Notes under the pieces: model-generated
The model's input: only the letters and a program-made list of their open reading frames with translations
Databases searched by the model: none
What the model was told of the DNA's origin: nothing
Part shown: positions 28,770 to 39,346 of the stretch, one piece after another
How positions within the stretch are numbered: position 1 is the first letter of the stretch
Layout: the number at the start of each line of letters is the position of its first letter
Made by a program: the position numbers and the translations under genes
Origin: Thermodesulfovibrionales bacterium
GTDB taxonomy: Bacteria > Nitrospirota > Thermodesulfovibrionia > Thermodesulfovibrionales > UBA6898
Length of the DNA stretch: 64,000 nt
Direction: 5' to 3'
Assembly (NCBI GenBank): GCA_044450345.1
Contig: JBIOIY010000001.1
Span: 64,001 to 128,000 of the forward strand

Positions 28770-30431
28770 TTATACCTTTGCCTCAATTAATTTTTCACCA
28801 AAGAGAATACCCTCGATTAAGCTGAGCAGGGTGCCGAAGGTGTTTGTGTCCAATGCGGAGACGCCTACCGCGCCGAACCGCGTTGTGAGGCTATCGATCT
28901 CCCCCCTGCCCAGTCTGTCTGTTTTATTAAAAACGAGAAGACGCTTTTTATCGCCAAGATTGAGATCGGAAAGGATCCGCTCTACAGATGCGATGTGCTG
29001 CTCGAACCTCGGGCTCGACGCGTCGACGACATGCAGCAGAAGGTCCGCGTCCTCAAGCTCCTCGAGCGTAGCCCTGAAGGCCGTCATCAGGTCCTTAGGA
29101 AGGTCCCTAATGAAGCCGACGGTATCGGTAATCACGACTTCACGTTCCCGCGGAAACCTGAGCCTCCTGCTGGCGGTGTCGAGAGTGGCAAACAGCTTGT
29201 CCTCCACGAAGGTCCGGCTTTTTGTAAGCGCGTTGAGAAGCGTCGATTTTCCCGCATTAGTGTATCCTATAATAGAGACTATAGGGATCTTTGCCTGCAC
29301 CCGCCGTGACTTTCTCTGGCTTCTCGCCTTGCTGAGGGTCTTGAGCTCCTTTTCGAGGAGCCCTATCCTGTCCCTCACCCGCCGCCTGTCTATCTCCAGT
29401 TTCATCTCCCCGGGGCCCCTGCCGCCGATCCCCCCCATGAGCCGCGACATAGCCGTACCTTTGCCGGTGAGTCGCGGCAGTCTGTACTTTAGTTGTGCAA
29501 GCTCCACCTGCACCTTACCGTCCCTGCTGTGAGCACGGCGGGCGAAGATGTCGAGGATCAGCTGGGAGCGGTCGATGACCTTCAGTTCCGTCAGCTCGCT
29601 TATCGACTTGATCTGTGACGGCGTGAGGTCCTGATCGAAGATAAGCAGTGTGGCGCCCTTGTTCATCGCGGTGATCACGAGTTCCTTGATCTTGCCTTCA
29701 CCCATAAGATATTTCGGGTTGATCTCCTTCGGTCTCTGTACGACCGAATCGAGCACAAAGACATCGCTCGACTCTGCGAGCTCCCTCAGTTCATCCGCAG
29801 AATCTTCCTGTTCGTACTTAGGCTTCAGGGAAACAGTGACGAGGATGGCCCTCTCACGGCCTGTTCTCTCGCTTCGGGTCGACCCCTTTCCTGGAACCTC
29901 GAACCCTCGCGCCCTTTCGAGCTCCTCCTCAAGGGCCGATATGAAGGGTTTGAAATCGACCGTATGCCTGTAAAAGTCTTCGACCGGCAGCACTTCGTAG
30001 GGAACCCCCGTACCCTGCGGCAGAAGATGCGCTACATACATACCGGCCGGTTGGCCGTCTTTTACCCCAACTGCGGCGATAATATCGAATCTGAGGAGTG
30101 AAAGGTCGGTAAGATCGTCCTGGTTGAGAGGTTCGTTGCTCAGATGGGTGTGAATAAACCTGAGTCCCCTGAGCGCCTTCCTGCCGATGGGATAGTCTGC
30201 AAGAGGAGGGATAAAAATGCCTTTCGCGTCCCCTATGACCACGTGGGTCACGTTCCCCTTTCGCGAGATTATGACCCCGACTTGCCGGTTTATTTCAGAG
30301 GATATCTGGGCCAGATATTTCCCAAGTTCAGTGCTTATCAGCTCGCCGTGAAGACGTCTTCGGTAGATCCTCTCGAGCGCGTATATCTGACTCCCTTTGA
30401 GACCTGTAAGTTTTCCGTAAAGTACCGGTAT
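28770..30431 (-). CDS. hflX: GTPase HflX, long form (probable ATA start at 30431)
   Basis: GYTNAGKS, DKLFATLD, DTVGF and NKTD; frame open 60 codons upstream of the track's GTG, to an ATA with GGAGG 7 nt upstream. Confidence 0.92.
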   Translation of the reverse strand: MPVLYGKLTGLKGSQIYALERIYRRRLHGELISTELGKYLAQISSEINRQVGVIISRKGNVTHVVIGDAKGIFIPPLADYPIGRKALRGLRFIHTHLSNEPLNQDDLTDLSLLRFDIIAAVGVKDGQPAGMYVAHLLPQGTGVPYEVLPVEDFYRHTVDFKPFISALEEELERARGFEVPGKGSTRSERTGRERAILVTVSLKPKYEQEDSADELRELAESSDVFVLDSVVQRPKEINPKYLMGEGKIKELVITAMNKGATLLIFDQDLTPSQIKSISELTELKVIDRSQLILDIFARRAHSRDGKVQVELAQLKYRLPRLTGKGTAMSRLMGGIGGRGPGEMKLEIDRRRVRDRIGLLEKELKTLSKARSQRKSRRVQAKIPIVSIIGYTNAGKSTLLNALTKSRTFVEDKLFATLDTASRRLRFPREREVVITDTVGFIRDLPKDLMTAFRATLEELEDADLLLHVVDASSPRFEQHIASVERILSDLNLGDKKRLLVFNKTDRLGRGEIDSLTTRFGAVGVSALDTNTFGTLLSLIEGILFGEKLIEAKV

Positions 30432-30540
30432 TCCCCTTCCTCCAAAAATTAGTTTAAACTTTCTCTATTTCCTAATATCATTGTACCATAGATAAGTTGC
30501 CGCTTAAGCATATTCGGCATTCTAAACAAAGGGAGGACAA

Positions 30541-31083
30541 ATGAAGATCATACTGGAACATAAAATCGCCGGAAAGACACTCCGCCTCGTGCAGGGTGAT
30601 ATCACGGAAAGAGACGTTGACGCCATCGTCAACGCGGCCAATTCCCATCTTCAGCACGGTGGCGGCGTTGCAGGCGCCATCGTAAAGAAAGGCGGCAATA
30701 TTATTCAGGAAGAAAGCGACAGGATAGGATTTACGCCGGTAGGGACGGCGGTTATCACAGGTGCGGGCAGACTTCCCTCAAAATTCGTGATACACGCGGT
30801 AGGACCGAGGATGGGTGAGGGGGACGAAGACAGCAAGCTCAAAAATGCAGTCCGCAACACTCTCGTGCTGGCCCACGAAAAGAACTTAAAAAGCATATCA
30901 CTTCCGGCGATAAGTTCCGGCATATTCGGGTTCCCTAAGGACAGGTGTGCCCGCATTCTTGTCGGCGAATCGGCATCTTTCCTTAAAGAACATAAAGGGT
31001 GCAATCTCGACGTTGTTGAGTTCTGCATATACGACGACATCACGCTGGGACATTTCATGAAGGAATTCGGGAGGCTTAAATAA
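30541..31083 (+). CDS. Macro domain protein (O-acetyl-ADP-ribose deacetylase-like)
   Basis: GDIT, DAIVNAAN, GGGVAGAI, IHAVGP and PAISSGIFGFP. Confidence 0.93.
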   Translation: MKIILEHKIAGKTLRLVQGDITERDVDAIVNAANSHLQHGGGVAGAIVKKGGNIIQEESDRIGFTPVGTAVITGAGRLPSKFVIHAVGPRMGEGDEDSKLKNAVRNTLVLAHEKNLKSISLPAISSGIFGFPKDRCARILVGESASFLKEHKGCNLDVVEFCIYDDITLGHFMKEFGRLK

Positions 31084-31140
31084 CGAATTATCTATTTCAG
31101 GCAAGTGTCAGCGTCCACCGGCCGACACGGGTATTAGACT

Positions 31141-32220
31141 CTATTTCATGCTTTTATTGTCGGCACGCATGAACTCGGCCTTTATTTTCTTATACAGCTC
31201 CTCGGGCGTAAATACTGCCCCTCCGGCCCTGCCATAAAACACCACCTCGCATTTCCCATTTACCGCCAGCCTTACATCATCGGCCATCTGCCCGGCGTTC
31301 ATCTCTACAACCATAAGCCTTTTTAACCCGCCCGACACTTCAGCGATCCTTTTTTCAGGAAAAGGGAACAGTGTAACAGGTCTGAAAAGGCCGACCTTCC
31401 TGCCCTCTTTCCTCAAGTCCCGCACGGAGGAAAGGGCGATCCGCGCGGCCACACCGAAGGCCACGACCACCAACTCGGCGTCCTCTACGTCATACTCATC
31501 GAACATGACCTCTCGTTTTTTTATCAGCTCATACTTATCAGACAGTTTGTTGTTTCTCTCTTCGAGTTCCCCCTGCCCCATGCAAAGCGAACGAATTACC
31601 CTTGGAGCGCGGTCTTTGCACCCGTTAAGGACCCAGTCTTTTTTCGGGAGGCGGGGCCGAACATATCTTGTCTGCTTAAACGGTTCCATCATCTGTCCGA
31701 TCACTCCGTCCCCGAGGATAATAGCGGTAATTCTGTATTCATCGGCCTTGTCGAACGCCCTTATCGTAAGATCCCACATCTCCTGAACGCTAAAGGGAGA
31801 ATATACTATACAACGGTAATCCCCATGTCCTCCGCCCTTTACGGCCTGATAATAATCGCCCTGGCTCGCAGTGATATTGCCCAGCCCCGGCCCGCCCCTC
31901 TGTATGTTGACGATTACCGCCGGCAATTCGGCTCCTGCAAGGAACGAGATCGCTTCCTGCATAAGACTTATGCCGGGACTGCTCGAAGACGTCATCGCCC
32001 GAACGCCGGCTGCTGATGCCCCGTATACCATATTGATAGAGGCGATCTCGCTCTCGGCCTGGATGAAGACCCCTCCGACCTCAGGCATCCTCCTGGCCAT
32101 ATACTCGGGGATCTCGTTCTGCGGCGTGATGGGATAGCCCGCGTAAAAACGGCATCCCGCCTGTATCGCGGCCTCTGCGACCGCCTCATTCCCCTTCATA
32201 AAGAATAATTTCTTTCTCAT
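31141..32220 (-). CDS. 2-oxoacid:ferredoxin oxidoreductase alpha subunit (VorB-like)
   Basis: MKGNEA, GYPITPQ, QAESE, RGGPGLG and VEMNAGQM. Confidence 0.9.
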   Translation of the reverse strand: MRKKLFFMKGNEAVAEAAIQAGCRFYAGYPITPQNEIPEYMARRMPEVGGVFIQAESEIASINMVYGASAAGVRAMTSSSSPGISLMQEAISFLAGAELPAVIVNIQRGGPGLGNITASQGDYYQAVKGGGHGDYRCIVYSPFSVQEMWDLTIRAFDKADEYRITAIILGDGVIGQMMEPFKQTRYVRPRLPKKDWVLNGCKDRAPRVIRSLCMGQGELEERNNKLSDKYELIKKREVMFDEYDVEDAELVVVAFGVAARIALSSVRDLRKEGRKVGLFRPVTLFPFPEKRIAEVSGGLKRLMVVEMNAGQMADDVRLAVNGKCEVVFYGRAGGAVFTPEELYKKIKAEFMRADNKSMK

Positions 32221-32482
32221 CCCTGGTCCTAGTATTTATTGTGCACCGCGAACAAATTTTGGGTTAATTATAGCACATCAGTCCCGTATCCAATATGTTG
32301 AGGATAAACGTCGTGCGTGTGGGATAAAAAGACAAAACGATACTATTCCGGACTGCTGATTGGGGACTCCAGTGCTTCAGCGGTATCGAATTCCGCTATA
32401 ATGCTCTTCGGGTATCTGACGAACTCCGATTGACAAACCCCCGGTCCTTTATTTAAGATTTTGTTTTACTTGAGGAGACTGA

Positions 32483-33358
32483 ATGTATTTTCAGGAACTG
32501 ATTCTATCACTACAGAATTTTTGGGCAAAAAAAGGTTGTTTGCTGCTTCAGCCTTATGATATCGAGGTCGGAGCAGGCACCTTCCATCCCGCGACTTTCT
32601 TCAGGGTCATCGGTCCCGAACCCTGGAAGACGGCTTATGTCCAGCCTTCCCGAAGGCCCACCGACGGCAGGTACGGCGAGAATCCTAACAGGCTTCAGCA
32701 TTACTATCAATATCAGGTAATCATAAAACCTTCCCCTGCAGACAGTCAGGGGATTTACCTCGAGAGTCTCACCGAGATCGGGATCGACCCGACGAAACAC
32801 GACATCAGGTTCGTCGAAGACGATTGGGAATCGCCCACTCTCGGGGCCTGGGGACTCGGCTGGGAGGTATGGCTGGACGGCATGGAAGTCACCCAGTTCA
32901 CCTATTTTCAGCAGGTCGGAGGCATAGACCTGAGGCCGGTATCTCTTGAAATAACCTACGGGCTCGAACGGATCGCGATGTACCTCCAGGGCGTAGACAA
33001 CGTCTATCACCTCAAATGGAACAAAGAGCTGATGTACGGGGACGTACACCATATGAGCGAAGTCGAGGGATCGAAATACAATTTCGACCATTCAAATGCC
33101 GAACTGCTTGTCCGCCATTTCGAGGACTGTGAAAGGGAGTCGATCAGAATGAACTCCCTTGGTCTTGTTATTCCTTCTTACGAGTTCTGTCTCAAATGTT
33201 CTCATCTCTTCAATCTCCTCGACGCAAGAGGGGCGATATCGGTGACCGAGCGGACCAAATATATAGCGAGGGTCCGAAACCTCGCCAAGCTCTCCGCCGA
33301 GGCTTTCTATAAACAAAGGGAAGAGATGGGATTTCCATTGCTGAGGACTAAAAAGTGA
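32483..33358 (+). CDS. glyQ: Glycine-tRNA ligase alpha subunit
   Basis: [19 protein letters not shown] and EITYGLER. Confidence 0.98.
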   Translation: MYFQELILSLQNFWAKKGCLLLQPYDIEVGAGTFHPATFFRVIGPEPWKTAYVQPSRRPTDGRYGENPNRLQHYYQYQVIIKPSPADSQGIYLESLTEIGIDPTKHDIRFVEDDWESPTLGAWGLGWEVWLDGMEVTQFTYFQQVGGIDLRPVSLEITYGLERIAMYLQGVDNVYHLKWNKELMYGDVHHMSEVEGSKYNFDHSNAELLVRHFEDCERESIRMNSLGLVIPSYEFCLKCSHLFNLLDARGAISVTERTKYIARVRNLAKLSAEAFYKQREEMGFPLLRTKK

Positions 33359-35454
33359 ATTCTACTAATTCTGAAGCTACAACAGTCGGCTCGCAGACAG
33401 ACCGGCCCCTGCTGCTCGAGATAGGCACCGAGGAGATACCGGCGAGATTTCTTCCGACTTCAATTGCGGACCTGAAAAATATTGCAACAGCGGTCTTCGA
33501 AGAATACCGCATACCCTTCCGCGAGGCGCGGTCGTATGCAACTCCGAGGAGGCTTGTTCTCATAATGAAAGACGTGGCCCCCATGCAGGACGACATTGTA
33601 AAAGAGGTCTTCGGTCCCTCCAGGAAAGTCGCCTTCGACGAGCAGGGAAATGCGACAAAGGCGGTTACCGGATTCGCGGGCTCCCTCGGACTTAATGTCT
33701 CAGATCTCGTTGTAAAGATGAAGGGCAAGGGCGAATACATGGCTGCCGTCATACATGAAAAAGGCATGGAAACAAAGCGGGTGCTGCCCGAAGTCTTCAA
33801 AAAGATCGTGCTCTCTCTGCGTTTTCCGAAATCCATGCGGTGGGGGAGCGGCGATCTCCTGTTCGTCAGGCCGATCCACTGGCTGGTCACCCTTTATGGC
33901 CCCGACACAATACAGATAGACATAGACGGCATCAAGAGCGGAAACATGACACGCGGACACCGGTTCCTCTCCCCCGCTTCTTTCCAGATAAAGGAGATTT
34001 CGTCCTTCATGAATCTTCTCGAAAACAACTTCGTTCTGCTCGACCAGGAAGAGCGCCGAAAAAAGATACGTGCCGGGATTACCGCCTTCGCGGCCCAGTC
34101 CGGCGGTCAGCCTGTCATGGACGAGGACCTTCTTGGACTCGTGAATTATCTGGTCGAATATCCTATGTCTGTCCTATGCGGCTTTGACCGCGAATATCTA
34201 AAACTTCCGAAAGAACTCCTCATCACCGTGATGAAGGACCATCAGAAGTACTTCGGGATCCAGGACGACGAAGGTAATTTACTTAATCAGTTCATCGTGA
34301 TCAGCAATACCCTTGCGGAAAACAGCGAAACCGTCAGGACCGGCGCCGAAAAAGTCATCAAGGCGCGGTTCGACGACGCCAAGTTTTATTATTATGAAGA
34401 CATGAAAAGACCACTCATCGACAGGGTCGACGATTTAAAGAGTGTCACGTTCCATGATCAACTCGGCAGTCTGCATGACAAGACAGAGAGGATCGTATCG
34501 ATGGGGACCTTCCTGGCGGAGAAACTTCTCCCGGCCCTGCTTGACAAAGTCGTAAGGGCGGCGGGTCTTTCAAAGACCGATCTGATCACCGGCGTTGTCA
34601 GAGAATTTCCTGAACTTCAGGGTGTGATGGGAAAATATTATGCCTTGCATGACGGCGAGGACAAAGGGATACCTGAGTCGCTCGAAGAACAGTATTTTCC
34701 AAAGTCTCTGGGAGGCCGGATGCCTGAAACAGACATCGGCGCTCTACTCAGCCTTTCCGACAAGATCGACAATATAGCCTCTTTTTTCTCGATCGGACTA
34801 ATGCCGACGGGCTCAGAGGACCCCTTCGCGCTCAGAAGGCAGGCGATCGGAGTTGTGTCGCTACTGATCGACCGGGGCTACGCAGTGACCATCGAGGAGA
34901 TTTTCAGGAAGGCGCTTCAGAGCGTGCCGATAAGGTCCGCACGCGACATGTCAGGCGACATACTGGATTTTATGGGGCAGAGGGTAGAATTCGTACTCTC
35001 CTCAAAAGGCCATGCTCAAGACCTCGTGAAGTCCCTTCTTCCCTTGATATCAAGCCGACCGCTGAAGACCGTTGTGGCCCGGATCGAGGCCCTTCAGATC
35101 TTTAGGCAGGATGAAATCTTTCCTCAATTTCTCCTGGCGATAAAGAGGGTCAACAACATCATGCCCAAAACAGACCTTCCGCAGCTGTCCGAAGATCTCC
35201 TGGCCCAGGAAGAAGAAAAAAGTCTCTACGGCGCGTTTATGCTGTTGAGGGAACGGATCTCTCCGCTTCTCGGGGAAGAGAATTATGTGGGCGGACTCAT
35301 GGCATTGTCCGAGATAACGCCTGCCGTCAACAACTTCTTCGACAAGATCCTCGTCATGGACAAAGATGAGGACATTAAATCAAACAGGCTGGCACTGCTG
35401 AAAGAGATCTGGTCGACGGCCTTATTGTTCGCAGACTTCTCTAAACTTTCGTGA
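33355..35454 (+). CDS. glyS: Glycine-tRNA ligase beta subunit
   Basis: [22 protein letters not shown] and [10 protein letters not shown]. Confidence 0.97.
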   Translation: MNSTNSEATTVGSQTDRPLLLEIGTEEIPARFLPTSIADLKNIATAVFEEYRIPFREARSYATPRRLVLIMKDVAPMQDDIVKEVFGPSRKVAFDEQGNATKAVTGFAGSLGLNVSDLVVKMKGKGEYMAAVIHEKGMETKRVLPEVFKKIVLSLRFPKSMRWGSGDLLFVRPIHWLVTLYGPDTIQIDIDGIKSGNMTRGHRFLSPASFQIKEISSFMNLLENNFVLLDQEERRKKIRAGITAFAAQSGGQPVMDEDLLGLVNYLVEYPMSVLCGFDREYLKLPKELLITVMKDHQKYFGIQDDEGNLLNQFIVISNTLAENSETVRTGAEKVIKARFDDAKFYYYEDMKRPLIDRVDDLKSVTFHDQLGSLHDKTERIVSMGTFLAEKLLPALLDKVVRAAGLSKTDLITGVVREFPELQGVMGKYYALHDGEDKGIPESLEEQYFPKSLGGRMPETDIGALLSLSDKIDNIASFFSIGLMPTGSEDPFALRRQAIGVVSLLIDRGYAVTIEEIFRKALQSVPIRSARDMSGDILDFMGQRVEFVLSSKGHAQDLVKSLLPLISSRPLKTVVARIEALQIFRQDEIFPQFLLAIKRVNNIMPKTDLPQLSEDLLAQEEEKSLYGAFMLLRERISPLLGEENYVGGLMALSEITPAVNNFFDKILVMDKDEDIKSNRLALLKEIWSTALLFADFSKLS

Positions 35455-35457
35455 ACT

Positions 35458-36225
35458 TCACAAACCTGCAACCCTGAGCACTATCACACTTATGTTGTCC
35501 ATCCCCCTGGCAGAAATGGCCCTATCGAAGAGACATTGCACCGTTCTTTCCTGATCTGTAAAACATTCCTCCATTTCTGTGCGTCTCACGCTCTCCCACA
35601 AACCATCGGTGCAGATAAGAAAAGTGCTGTCGCCGGAAATGCCCACCGTCTTAACATCAAATTCCGGCAGGCTGCCCCGCAGGTCGGCGATAGCCGCAGA
35701 AGTAATAATATTCTTTTGCGGGTGAGACCTCATCTCGTCCTCCGTTATCGTCCCGAAGTCGGCAAGCTCCTGCACGACGGAATGATCTCTTGTAAGCCTT
35801 TCGAGAGAGCCGCCTTGCAGACGATAGACCCTGCTGTCGCCGCAATTAAAGACAAATGCATCTTTATCCGCAAGAAAAATTCCGGAGACTGTAGTGCCCA
35901 TCCCATAGTTATTTCCGTCATCCCTGGCAAGCATGTTCAGAGTTTCCTTAGAAGACAACATGATCTCACTGATATCACCGGCCTTTTGAATGTACTGATA
36001 TCGTTTCTTAAAAACCTGAAGGACGGTCCTGCTCGCGACCTCTCCCCTATGATGTCCACCCATGCCGTCTGCAACAACATAGATCTGCCCTGCTTCGGAG
36101 GACTGCACACACGCCGCTCTGTCCATGCTGACCCCCGAAACAAGCAGGTCGTTTACCAGGAGGGAATCTTCATTCTTTTCTCTGGCTTTGCCGATATTCG
36201 AGATGTAACAGGCATCTACCCGCAT
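35458..36225 (-). CDS. PP2C-family Ser/Thr protein phosphatase
   Basis: REKNED, VADGMGG, GDSRVY, CTDGL and DNIS. Confidence 0.92.
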   Translation of the reverse strand: MRVDACYISNIGKAREKNEDSLLVNDLLVSGVSMDRAACVQSSEAGQIYVVADGMGGHHRGEVASRTVLQVFKKRYQYIQKAGDISEIMLSSKETLNMLARDDGNNYGMGTTVSGIFLADKDAFVFNCGDSRVYRLQGGSLERLTRDHSVVQELADFGTITEDEMRSHPQKNIITSAAIADLRGSLPEFDVKTVGISGDSTFLICTDGLWESVRRTEMEECFTDQERTVQCLFDRAISARGMDNISVIVLRVAGL

Positions 36226-36441
36226 ATCATTCCACCCTTTCCTCTTTCTACCGGAGCCCTGACTTTTTTACAGTATACAGGAGAACGGCATATACGGCAT
36301 TCACGAATTATTATGGCAGTGACTCAGTCACTACCATTATTATCTGAATACAGTCCCCTTGACAAGTCCGGGCATCGGCGGTAATTTTCAGTATACTTGC
36401 ATGAGGTCTTTTTTAGGGTAGTAAAAAGGAAAGAGTAAACC

Positions 36442-37086
36442 ATGTTCCTGGACAGAAGAGATGCAGGAGCCAAACTGGCATCAAAACTCCTCAAGTACAA
36501 GGACAATAAAGACGTCCTTGTCCTGGCGCTGCCCCGTGGCGGAGTAATGACCGGCTACGAGACGGCGCGGGCGCTGCGGGTGCAGATGGATGTTCTGATC
36601 GTCCGCAAAATAGGAGTCCCCTGGCAGCCGGAATTCGCTGCCGGGGCCCTCTCAGAAACAGGCGCCCTCGTCATTAACAAACTCGTAGTGTCGGGCTACA
36701 AAATATCAAAGGAATTTCTGGAAAAAGAAGTCTCGAGACAGAAAGAGGAGATATCGAGAAGGATCGAACTTTATCGCAACGGAAAGGGCATCGCCGGCCT
36801 GGAGGACAAGATCATCATCCTTATAGACGACGGCGCCGCCACGGGGGCGACGATGAAGGCCGCGGTCGAAACCTTGGGGGAGGCCAAGATCATGAAACTC
36901 GTCGTTGCCCTCCCGGTTTCCCCCGCCGACACGGCAGAAGAACTGCGGGGGATGTCGGATGAATTTGTCTGCATCGAAACCCACGACGATTTTCTTGCCG
37001 TCGGCAACTATTACCGGGACTTTACCCAGGTTTCGGACGAGGAGGTGGTTGACCTTCTTGAGCGGTCAAAAAAGGAAAAAGGTTGA
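36442..37086 (+). CDS. Putative phosphoribosyltransferase
   Basis: FLDRRDAG, LPRGG and LIDDGAATGAT. Confidence 0.88.
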   Translation: MFLDRRDAGAKLASKLLKYKDNKDVLVLALPRGGVMTGYETARALRVQMDVLIVRKIGVPWQPEFAAGALSETGALVINKLVVSGYKISKEFLEKEVSRQKEEISRRIELYRNGKGIAGLEDKIIILIDDGAATGATMKAAVETLGEAKIMKLVVALPVSPADTAEELRGMSDEFVCIETHDDFLAVGNYYRDFTQVSDEEVVDLLERSKKEKG

Positions 37087-37230
37087 TGCATAGCGCATAT
37101 ACGTCCGCTTTCCGCTTCATGTGATATATTGCTGAAAAATTGCTGCGCAAGAAATATTGACAATTCCTCTTTGATTCTAGTATGTTATATAGTTCTTAAA
37201 TATTTCATAAGAAAGTAAAGAGGTTTGATA

Positions 37231-37656
37231 ATGAAGACTCAGTTCGCAAAAAAAGGTGATTTCGACCGGAAGTGGTATGTAGTCGACGCCAAAGACGCGG
37301 TGCTCGGGAGGCTTGCGGTAAAAGTCGCAACTTACCTCAGGGGCAAAAATAAACCGGTCTTTACGCCGAACGTCGACACCGGTGATTTTATCATCGTGAT
37401 CAATGCAGAGAAAGTACGTCTGACGGGAAATAAGCAGACCGACAAGATGTACTATCATCATTCCGGCTACGTCGGCGGCATCAAGGCGAAGAGCGCCAAA
37501 GACTTGCTGGAAGATCATCCGGAAAAGATCATCGAGCAGGCTGTATGGGGCATGCTTCCGAAGAACAGGCTCGGAAGGACGATGATCAAGAAACTTAAAG
37601 TATACAGGGGAGCGGAGCATCCACACAGGGCGCAGTCCCCGGAAATTCTGCAATAA
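37231..37656 (+). CDS. rplM: 50S ribosomal protein L13
   Basis: WYVVDA...LGRLA and [15 protein letters not shown] at 37157 upstream. Confidence 0.98.
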   Translation: MKTQFAKKGDFDRKWYVVDAKDAVLGRLAVKVATYLRGKNKPVFTPNVDTGDFIIVINAEKVRLTGNKQTDKMYYHHSGYVGGIKAKSAKDLLEDHPEKIIEQAVWGMLPKNRLGRTMIKKLKVYRGAEHPHRAQSPEILQ

Positions 37657-37666
37657 AGGAGTTTAC

Positions 37667-38059
37667 ATGGCCGAGATAAAATATACAGCAACCGGAAGAA
37701 GGAAGACCTCGATAGCACAGGTGAGTATGATGACTGGGAACGGGAAGATAACGGTGAATAAGAAGCCGGTTGAAACCTATTTCCCGAGAGAGGTCCTGCG
37801 CATGATCATCCGCCAGCCGCTCGAACTTGTGGGCGCTACGGGCAAGCATGACATCACTATAAAGGTTGAAGGCGGTGGACCGACCGGACAGGCGGGCGCG
37901 GTCAGACACGGCATTTCGCGTGCGCTCCTCAAAATGGACGCGGACCTGAGAGGCAGGCTGAAGAAAGAAGGCTTTCTGACGAGAGACCCCAGGGAGAAAG
38001 AAAGAAAGAAATACGGACTCAAGGGCGCCAGGAAACGCTTCCAGTTCTCCAAGAGATAA
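37667..38059 (+). CDS. rpsI: 30S ribosomal protein S9
   Basis: [15 protein letters not shown] and C-terminal FQFSKR. Confidence 0.98.
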   Translation: MAEIKYTATGRRKTSIAQVSMMTGNGKITVNKKPVETYFPREVLRMIIRQPLELVGATGKHDITIKVEGGGPTGQAGAVRHGISRALLKMDADLRGRLKKEGFLTRDPREKERKKYGLKGARKRFQFSKR

Positions 38060-38102
38060 TTGCATCCTAAGAGCGCAAGCTCTGAAGTCTTTTTTGATTT
38101 GT

Positions 38103-38136
38103 GAGGGCCCGTTCTTGAAACGGGCCCTTGCTTTTT
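38103..38136 (+). terminator. Rho-independent terminator after rpsI
   Basis: GAGGGCCCGTT-CTTGA-AACGGGCCCTT then GCTTTTT. Confidence 0.75.
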
Positions 38137-38185
38137 GTAGAATTGGAAAAACCATACACTTACCTTGGAAGATGAGGGAGTCACA

Positions 38186-39226
38186 ATGATAAAAATTGCT
38201 ATTTGCGGAGGCAGCGGTTATACAGGGATAGAACTCCTGCGGATACTGTCGGGCCATCCGGACGCGATAATAACGGCGATAACGTCGGAGAAATCAGCAG
38301 GCAAGAGACTGGCCGGGCTATTCCCCCATCTGCATAAATACGGGGACCTGGTATATGAGCCCCTGAACAAGGAAAAACTTCTCGCTAAAGCGGATGTCTT
38401 CTTCCTTGCGCTCCCGCATGGGGCCTCGCAGGAAGCGGTAAACTTCTTCTTCAGAAACGGGAAGAAGGTCATAGACCTCTCTGCTGATTTCAGGCTGAGA
38501 GATCCTGAGACGTACAAGGACTGGTACGGGCTGCCTCACGACTTTGTTCCGACCCTGAAAAAAGCGGTCTACGGTCTGCCCGAGATATACCGCAACAAGA
38601 TAAGAAAGGCAGGGCTCATCGCCAATCCGGGCTGCTACCCCACGGGCGCGATCCTCGGCCTGCTGCCGGCGATCAAGTCCGGGCTTGTCGATCTGTCCTC
38701 GATAGTCATTGACTCGAAATCCGGCACGAGCGGAGCGGGAAGGAAGGCGGACCTTGCGGTCTCTTTTTGCGAGGTGAACGAGGGGTTCAAGGCATACGGG
38801 ATCGGCACACACAGGCACACACCCGAGATAGAGCAGGAACTTTCCGCTCTTTCAGGCAGGGAGATAATCGTCAATTTCACTCCCCATCTGCTGCCCATAG
38901 ACAGGGGCATATTGACGACGACATACGCAAGACTTATAAAAAAGACGGACACTGCCTCGGTATTGAATCTATATAAGAAAAAATATGCCGGCGAGCCCTT
39001 CGTTGAGGTGCTTCCGGAAGGGATATTCCCGAACATCAAGAATGTGAGGGGCACGAATTTTTGCGAAATCGGCGTCAAAGTCAATGCAAGGACAAACGCG
39101 CTCATTATCGTGTCTGCCATCGACAATCTTGTAAAGGGCGCTTCGGGCCAGGCGGTCCATAACATGAACATCATGATGGGAATTGAAGAGGAGAGGGGCC
39201 TAGGCAATCTGGCCCTATTCCCGTGA
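38186..39226 (+). CDS. argC: N-acetyl-gamma-glutamyl-phosphate reductase
   Basis: GGSGYTG, IANPGCYPT and DNLVKGASGQA; ATG at 38186 after GAGGGAG. Confidence 0.97.
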   Translation: MIKIAICGGSGYTGIELLRILSGHPDAIITAITSEKSAGKRLAGLFPHLHKYGDLVYEPLNKEKLLAKADVFFLALPHGASQEAVNFFFRNGKKVIDLSADFRLRDPETYKDWYGLPHDFVPTLKKAVYGLPEIYRNKIRKAGLIANPGCYPTGAILGLLPAIKSGLVDLSSIVIDSKSGTSGAGRKADLAVSFCEVNEGFKAYGIGTHRHTPEIEQELSALSGREIIVNFTPHLLPIDRGILTTTYARLIKKTDTASVLNLYKKKYAGEPFVEVLPEGIFPNIKNVRGTNFCEIGVKVNARTNALIIVSAIDNLVKGASGQAVHNMNIMMGIEEERGLGNLALFP

Positions 39227-39253
39227 TCTCCAGGATTATGCGGAACAATTGTT

Positions 39254-39313
39254 TGTCATCCCGGCTTGTCCGGGATCATTTTCAAGAAGGATTCCCGGCA
39301 AGCGGGAATGACA
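39254..39313. repeat. REP-like double-hairpin repeat
   Basis: TGTCATCCCGGCTTGTCCGGGATC...GATTCCCGGCAAGCGGGAATGACA; same family as 3570-3730. Confidence 0.8.
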
Positions 39314-39346
39314 GAGCGCAATGTCTTTGTCAGGAACGACAACTAA

